A DNA stretch of 64,000 nt from an uncultured Solirubrobacterales bacterium. Lineage in GTDB: Bacteria > Actinomycetota > Thermoleophilia > Solirubrobacterales > Solirubrobacteraceae. The notes beneath the pieces were generated by a model. That model saw nothing but the letters and a program-made list of their open reading frames with translations, made no database searches and was not told the DNA's origin. Below, in pieces: positions 59,640 to 64,000 of this stretch (position 1 is its first letter; every line of letters begins with the position of its first letter). A program made the translations under genes and the position numbers. The stretch is from the NCBI GenBank assembly GCA_963705845.1, contig CAVPKX010000008.1, positions 215,514 through 279,513 on the forward strand, read 5' to 3'.

Positions 59640-59741
59640 AAGGGCGGCCGTCGAGCTTCCCCAGGGCCGGTAGCAATCGCCGTGCGGCATCGTCTCGGCG
59701 AGCCCCGAACTGGGCCCGCCGAGACACTGTGGGCAGGACAG

Positions 59742-60104
59742 CTAGCCCCGGCCGAAGCGCACGTCGTGGGCGAGCACTCTCAGCCCGCTGCGCCTGCTGC
59801 CGTCGCGGTCGGGCCACTCGTGGTAGTCGAGCTTGCCGCTCACGGTCACGGGCGAGCCCTTGCGCAGATGCTCGCAGCAGCGCTCCGCGTCGCGCTCGAA
59901 CACCTTGACGTCGATGAAGTTGGTGTGCTTGACCAGCCTCGTGCCGTTCGCGCGCGTGTCCGATGAGGCTACGCGCAGGTGCGCGACCGGGAGCCCGTCC
60001 GGGGTGCGGTACAGCTCGGGTTCGCGCGCGAGCTCACCGGTGAAGACGCTGACGTTGATGTCATCCTGCCAGCGCCGGCTGTCGGCGCTTTCTGACATGG
60101 GCAT
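59742..60104 (-). CDS. ssb: Single-stranded DNA-binding protein (no acidic tail)
   Basis: GELAREPELYRT, FIDVKVF, HLRKGSPVTVSGKL OB-fold; RBS GGAGG. Confidence 0.92.
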   Translation of the reverse strand: MPMSESADSRRWQDDINVSVFTGELAREPELYRTPDGLPVAHLRVASSDTRANGTRLVKHTNFIDVKVFERDAERCCEHLRKGSPVTVSGKLDYHEWPDRDGSRRSGLRVLAHDVRFGRG

Positions 60105-60201
60105 GGTTGGGTTCCTCCCTGTACAGCTTGTGCCGCGCGCTGTAGCACCGCCGGATCGGCCCTGCCGTTGCGGCTGGGGATCGCGGACGGGCGTCGCGCC
60201 C

Positions 60202-60606
60202 TCAAGTTCGAACCGTTGATGGGCGGACGCGGCCGCGACGCGCGTAGTGGTCGGTGACCTCGCGCGTGAGCAGCTCGCAGTCGCTCGCGCCCGGCGCGAT
60301 CGGGCGCACACGCAGGCGCGCCCGATTGCGTGTCAGGACGCTCGCGAGCACGCTGACCCCATCCTGCTGGTAGGCGACCATGTCTCCTGGGAGGATCGAG
60401 CGCGTCGAGACCTTACCCCCACGACGGGGGCGGCGGGCGTAGTGCTCGAGCACCTCGCGGCTGCTGACGCGGTAATAGGTGACGTTGCGCGAGACCGGTG
60501 TGAGAGCCAGTGCGCCGCCTTCGTGTCCTGTCACGAGCGCCCAGAATCTGCGGCCCAGTCGGTCGCAGCGGACCAGGTCAAGCGGCCTGACCGAGGCGGT
60601 CTTCAT
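60202..60606 (-). CDS. Hypothetical protein made of two internal repeats
   Basis: SVRPLDLV...REVLEHYARR and SILPGDMV...REVTDHYARR. Confidence 0.7.
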   Translation of the reverse strand: MKTASVRPLDLVRCDRLGRRFWALVTGHEGGALALTPVSRNVTYYRVSSREVLEHYARRPRRGGKVSTRSILPGDMVAYQQDGVSVLASVLTRNRARLRVRPIAPGASDCELLTREVTDHYARRGRVRPSTVRT

Positions 60607-60891
60607 GACCCCGTCGGCGGCTCGCACGCGTCCCGGCGTGATCGCGCGCCGTCCTCCCGAGGGGCACCGTGCGGCTTGCGTGGCCGCGGTTGGCGTGTCG
60701 AGGCTCGGCGCTCGTAGCGGGCCGGCCGCTTCTGCGGGGGTTGCGCTTTTCTGATTCTGCGGTGGGTCATTGTCGTTCTCCTTCCTGCATCGCAAGGCAG
60801 TTCCGGGGAGTTCATGGCGAGCGCGTCACGTTCGGTTGTCGTCACGCGGCGTGAAACTCCCCTCCTCGGCGTTGCGCGGCCTGTGGTGCTC

Positions 60892-61218
60892 TTATTGGTC
60901 GCTGCGCATCGCCGCGGCGGGCCAGTGGCCAAGCGGCTCGGTGCACAGACGGGACGCGCCGGCGAACAGGCGCCGCGCGTCGCCTTGCTCACCCCCGGTC
61001 TGCGCCGCGAACCCGGCACGCAACAGCGCGCAGATCGCCCGCACGTGAAGCTCTGCCAGTTCGCGAACCTGATCGGGGTCGCGACCGGCAGCGAGTTCGC
61101 TGAACCCGCTGCGCTGGCCGTCGGGGTCTCGCCAGTAGTTGTGCTCGGCGGTGGACGGCTCGGCGCACGCGCGTGTGCGGCTGTGGCTGCCGTTCGCGCT
61201 CAGCTTGTTCGCGGTCAT
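60892..61218 (-). CDS. Hypothetical protein
   Basis: ATG overlaps the nuclease stop (ATGA). Confidence 0.55.
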   Translation of the reverse strand: MTANKLSANGSHSRTRACAEPSTAEHNYWRDPDGQRSGFSELAAGRDPDQVRELAELHVRAICALLRAGFAAQTGGEQGDARRLFAGASRLCTEPLGHWPAAAMRSDQ

Positions 61219-62432
61219 AGTCCGGCTCCCGCCGGGCAGGTGGACCAGTGCGGGCAGTACTTGCCCTCCGTCCCTGCCGCGTTGGGCTCGCACTTCCAGG
61301 TCCCGGGCGCGGCGAACCCCCACGGACGCTCGGGACCGAGCGACTCGTGCAGTGCGTTGATCTGCGTCGCGACGATCGCGATCCGCGCGAGGAAGCTTTC
61401 GAGCTGGTGCCGGGTGCGCCTGGTGCGAATGACCTTCTCCGAGACGCGCTGGCGTTTGCCTGCCTTGGGCTTGAGCACCTGGGCGAAGGTGAAGTCGTGG
61501 GCCGGGTCGTGCTGGATGATCGCCTTCTCGGCGAGGTACAGCGTCGGTTGCGCCTCGCGGTCGGCCTTGTACTGGTAGATCGGGTCGTTCTTGGCCTTGT
61601 AGTCGTTGATCGCGATCACCCGACGTCGCACGATCTCGCCGCGAAGCCGCGAGGCCGGGACGGCCACCGGATCCTGGTAGGCGATCGCCTCCTCGTCGCT
61701 GTGCGTGTCGCTGCTCTTCTTCATCGCCGGGCGCAGGTCCTCCGGTGCCTGGTCCCAGGGCACCTCCACGGTCGGCTCCGGCGCGCCCGGGTCCTGGACG
61801 GCGCGCTCGTCGCCGTCCTCATCGAGGAACACGCTCTGCTCGCGGATCGTGTCGAGGTGAACGTAGCCCACGACCGTCCACTCGAGCTCGGGCTCGGGCG
61901 CGAGGCGGAACTCGAATCGCCGCTGCGTGTACAAGGGCTCGCCGAGCTGCGGCACGATTCGCTTCAGGCACACGGCGACGGCTTCGAGGCCGACGTTGAA
62001 CGTCCAGCGCTCGTCGGTGCCTGCATCCCACCGGACCGGCCCGTGTGCGTCCTGTTCATCGGCGAGCGACCGCTTCCACGACTCGTTGAAGACGTCGCGC
62101 AACTGGTTGACGTTCAGCGGCCCGCCGCCCTCGATCCGTGCGCGGTAGTAGGCGGTGAGCACGTCGTCGATGCGCGAGCCGAGGAACATCGAGCCGGAGG
62201 GCGCGGCCCTTTCGCCGCAGATGAAGTGACGGCGCCAGTCGTCTGGGCAGGTGAGGAACTTCTCGATCGAGCTGTTCGATAGGCAGGGGAGCGGCTCGCC
62301 CTTGTAGGTGATCGGGAGCCGGCGTGGCATCCCGATTCGCCGGGCGAGCTCGAGCGCGCTCGGCCCGGGCGGTCGATCGGGGGACTGGGCGGCCGCCGGC
62401 CTGCCCGGTGCTGTGATCGTGTGGGGTGACAA
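61215..62432 (-). CDS. PD-(D/E)XK nuclease, RecB/Cas4-like with 1+3 Cys pattern
   Basis: LSNSSIEKFLTCP, GYVHLD, INDYK, QPTLY, KC...YCPHWSTC; probable TTG start at 62432. Confidence 0.85.
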   Translation of the reverse strand: MSPHTITAPGRPAAAQSPDRPPGPSALELARRIGMPRRLPITYKGEPLPCLSNSSIEKFLTCPDDWRRHFICGERAAPSGSMFLGSRIDDVLTAYYRARIEGGGPLNVNQLRDVFNESWKRSLADEQDAHGPVRWDAGTDERWTFNVGLEAVAVCLKRIVPQLGEPLYTQRRFEFRLAPEPELEWTVVGYVHLDTIREQSVFLDEDGDERAVQDPGAPEPTVEVPWDQAPEDLRPAMKKSSDTHSDEEAIAYQDPVAVPASRLRGEIVRRRVIAINDYKAKNDPIYQYKADREAQPTLYLAEKAIIQHDPAHDFTFAQVLKPKAGKRQRVSEKVIRTRRTRHQLESFLARIAIVATQINALHESLGPERPWGFAAPGTWKCEPNAAGTEGKYCPHWSTCPAGAGL

Positions 62433-62497
62433 GGTTTTCTTCTTTCTCTTCTGGGTTGTCGCTGCTCGCCGGGACTCTCCCCGGTGCCCGCGCTGCG

Positions 62498-62923
62498 CTA
62501 GGTCGCCGGCGCTGGCGTCGCGCCGGGGCCGGCGGGAGCGCTCGGCGTCGCGGCCCAGTCCGGCGCGGGCCCCCACCGCGCCAGTCGGACCGGGTCTGTC
62601 TCGAGCGGGCTGACGCCGTAGCGAGGAGCGCTGTTGAAGTGCCGGCAGGCCACGCGCACAGTGCCCCGCCAGAACGGCGCGCGCCACCGCTCGCCGAAGT
62701 GCTCGCGGCAGTACTCGAGCGCGGCGGGCAGCGTGGCCGCCCGCCACCCGGCTTGCGCCAGGACCTCGACGGCATCGACGAGCGCCGCGAGCTCGTGCTC
62801 GCTCAGCAGCGCGTCCTGGTCGCGGGTGGGCAGCGTCGCCTCGGTGATCGCGGGGAGCAGCTCCGGGCCGTAGCCGGTGACGCGCAGCTGCCAGGCGAGG
62901 GTCTCTCCTGCGCCGCCCATCAC
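62498..62923 (-). CDS. Hypothetical protein
   Basis: Start overlaps the upstream stop; protein-like composition. Confidence 0.55.
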   Translation of the reverse strand: MMGGAGETLAWQLRVTGYGPELLPAITEATLPTRDQDALLSEHELAALVDAVEVLAQAGWRAATLPAALEYCREHFGERWRAPFWRGTVRVACRHFNSAPRYGVSPLETDPVRLARWGPAPDWAATPSAPAGPGATPAPAT

Positions 62924-63951
62924 GCGGCCTCGGCTCTGGACGGGTCAAAGGCGACCACGTCGTCGTCGGCTTTGCCGCCTGCCGGCTGCCCGTCCTCCGG
63001 CGAGGGGACGGGCACGACCGGTTCCTGGGGGCTGGCCTGTTCCAGCAGATGCTTGAGCGGCGTGACCAGGTCAAACGGGAACACGATCACCCGCTCGCTG
63101 AGCTTGACGTCGAGGAACTCCTGCGCGTCGGCTTCGCTGGCGTATTCGACGGGCGCGACGCCGGCCACCTTCCGCACCAGGTTCGCGACCTGACTGGGCG
63201 GCAGGCCCCGCGCACGCGTGATGCGACACAACAGCTTCACCTGGAGCTCGCTTGCCTTACGGTCCCCAGCGCCCGCCACCGCCGTGAGGTCGGGACGGTA
63301 GCGCCGCAGCTTCACGACCTCGGCGGATGCCGCCGGGGCGCCGGCGCCGCCGTCCTGCGGGAGCGGAGCCTCGAGCACGTCGCGACCCGGGCCGATCTGC
63401 CCGAGCAGCCGCTTAAGCGCACTTGTCTGGGAGGACTTCAGCAGGTCCCCCTTACCGTTGGCCCGGTCGACGCCGCCCCGGCCCTCGCGGGCGAACAGGA
63501 TCTCCGCCTGCTCCCCAGGGATCAGTGCGCCGGTCGTCTCATCGAGCGTCACCCTGCCGAGCTTGTTGCCGACCACGACGAACGTGCGAGCGGTGCTGCC
63601 CCCGTCTTCGTAGTGCGTCAGATAGGTCCAATGCGCGCGCGTCAGCGTGTCGTCCATAACGCGCAGCTGGTAGTACAGCGAGACCGTCATCCCGGGATCG
63701 CGGCTACTCCCCGGATACCTTGTCAATGCTTCCTTGAACTGCTCGGGCGTGGGCTCTTCGAGCAGCGGTTCGAGCGCCTCGAGCAGCTTCCAGGTGAGCC
63801 TGCCGTTGAACTTAGCGCCGCGGATCGCCTTGGCCCGTTCGCGCCGCGTCCGGTAGAGTTCGAGCGCGTCCGCTCCTACAGCCGGAGCGGCCTGAGCGCT
63901 CTGGCCCTCGACGGCGGGGGCGCTGCCATCGAGCTCACTCGCCGAAGTCAA
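62920..63951 (-). CDS. Rad52/Sak-like single-strand annealing protein
   Basis: EGRGG...GDLLKSSQTSALKRLLGQIGPGRDV resembles the Rad52/22 K.A.(S/T)DALKR...GIG motif; same operon as the nuclease and ssb. Confidence 0.65.
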   Translation of the reverse strand: MTSASELDGSAPAVEGQSAQAAPAVGADALELYRTRRERAKAIRGAKFNGRLTWKLLEALEPLLEEPTPEQFKEALTRYPGSSRDPGMTVSLYYQLRVMDDTLTRAHWTYLTHYEDGGSTARTFVVVGNKLGRVTLDETTGALIPGEQAEILFAREGRGGVDRANGKGDLLKSSQTSALKRLLGQIGPGRDVLEAPLPQDGGAGAPAASAEVVKLRRYRPDLTAVAGAGDRKASELQVKLLCRITRARGLPPSQVANLVRKVAGVAPVEYASEADAQEFLDVKLSERVIVFPFDLVTPLKHLLEQASPQEPVVPVPSPEDGQPAGGKADDDVVAFDPSRAEAA

Positions 63952-64000
63952 GGCTGCCGCCGCCGGGGGAGCGCCAATGGCCGCGCCGCCGCTGTCTGGT

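Larger units (their letters stand above)
1..64000. mobile_element. Probable large integrative element/prophage-like region with metabolic and RHS cargo (boundaries outside the window or not visible)
   Basis: Integrase at the left, recombination module at the right, paralogous secreted genes on both flanks, no housekeeping operons. No att sites, structural genes or conjugation genes seen. Confidence 0.45.

Noticed and set aside
61215..62432. Cas4-like nuclease as part of a CRISPR-Cas system
   Set aside because: No array, cas1/cas2 or other cas genes are in the window; the SSAP/SSB context indicates recombination.

Overview
High-GC actinobacterial DNA; the gene families suggest Thermoleophilia/Solirubrobacterales (inference). 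The window reads as three nested layers. (1) A mobile-element-like backbone lies at both ends. The left end has a tyrosine integrase, NERD-like membrane proteins and hypotheticals (0-9.5 kb). The right end has a Rad52/Sak-like annealase, a Cas4-like PD-(D/E)XK nuclease and SSB (55.5-64 kb). Three paralogous secreted proteins with a shared Arg-rich C-terminal domain are split across the two flanks. (2) A large cyclitol-centred metabolic island occupies 9.6-18.3 kb and 33-55.5 kb. It encodes a sugar-phosphate cyclase resembling 2-epi-valiolone synthase, two P450+FkbM pairs, a stand-alone condensation domain, a serine hydrolase, MFS and APC transporters, a DegT-type aminotransferase, a VOC protein, a GMC oxidoreductase, IolD/IolE and two Gfo/Idh/MocA enzymes (no IolB/IolC), a HisD/HpsN-like dehydrogenase, an HpcH aldolase, an ALDH and a FadR regulator. 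Six copies of a TGAT-N3-ATCA-type operator sit upstream of its transcription units and link both halves into one predicted regulon. (3) A block inserted at 18.5-32.5 kb carries two orphan NarL-type regulators around an ECF/anti-sigma pair and two secreted proteins, a PucR regulator, and a ~2400-aa NHL-containing RHS protein with a Cys-rich tip and a candidate immunity gene. About ten small indels split otherwise intact genes and are probably sequencing errors. No rRNA, tRNA or CRISPR array was seen.
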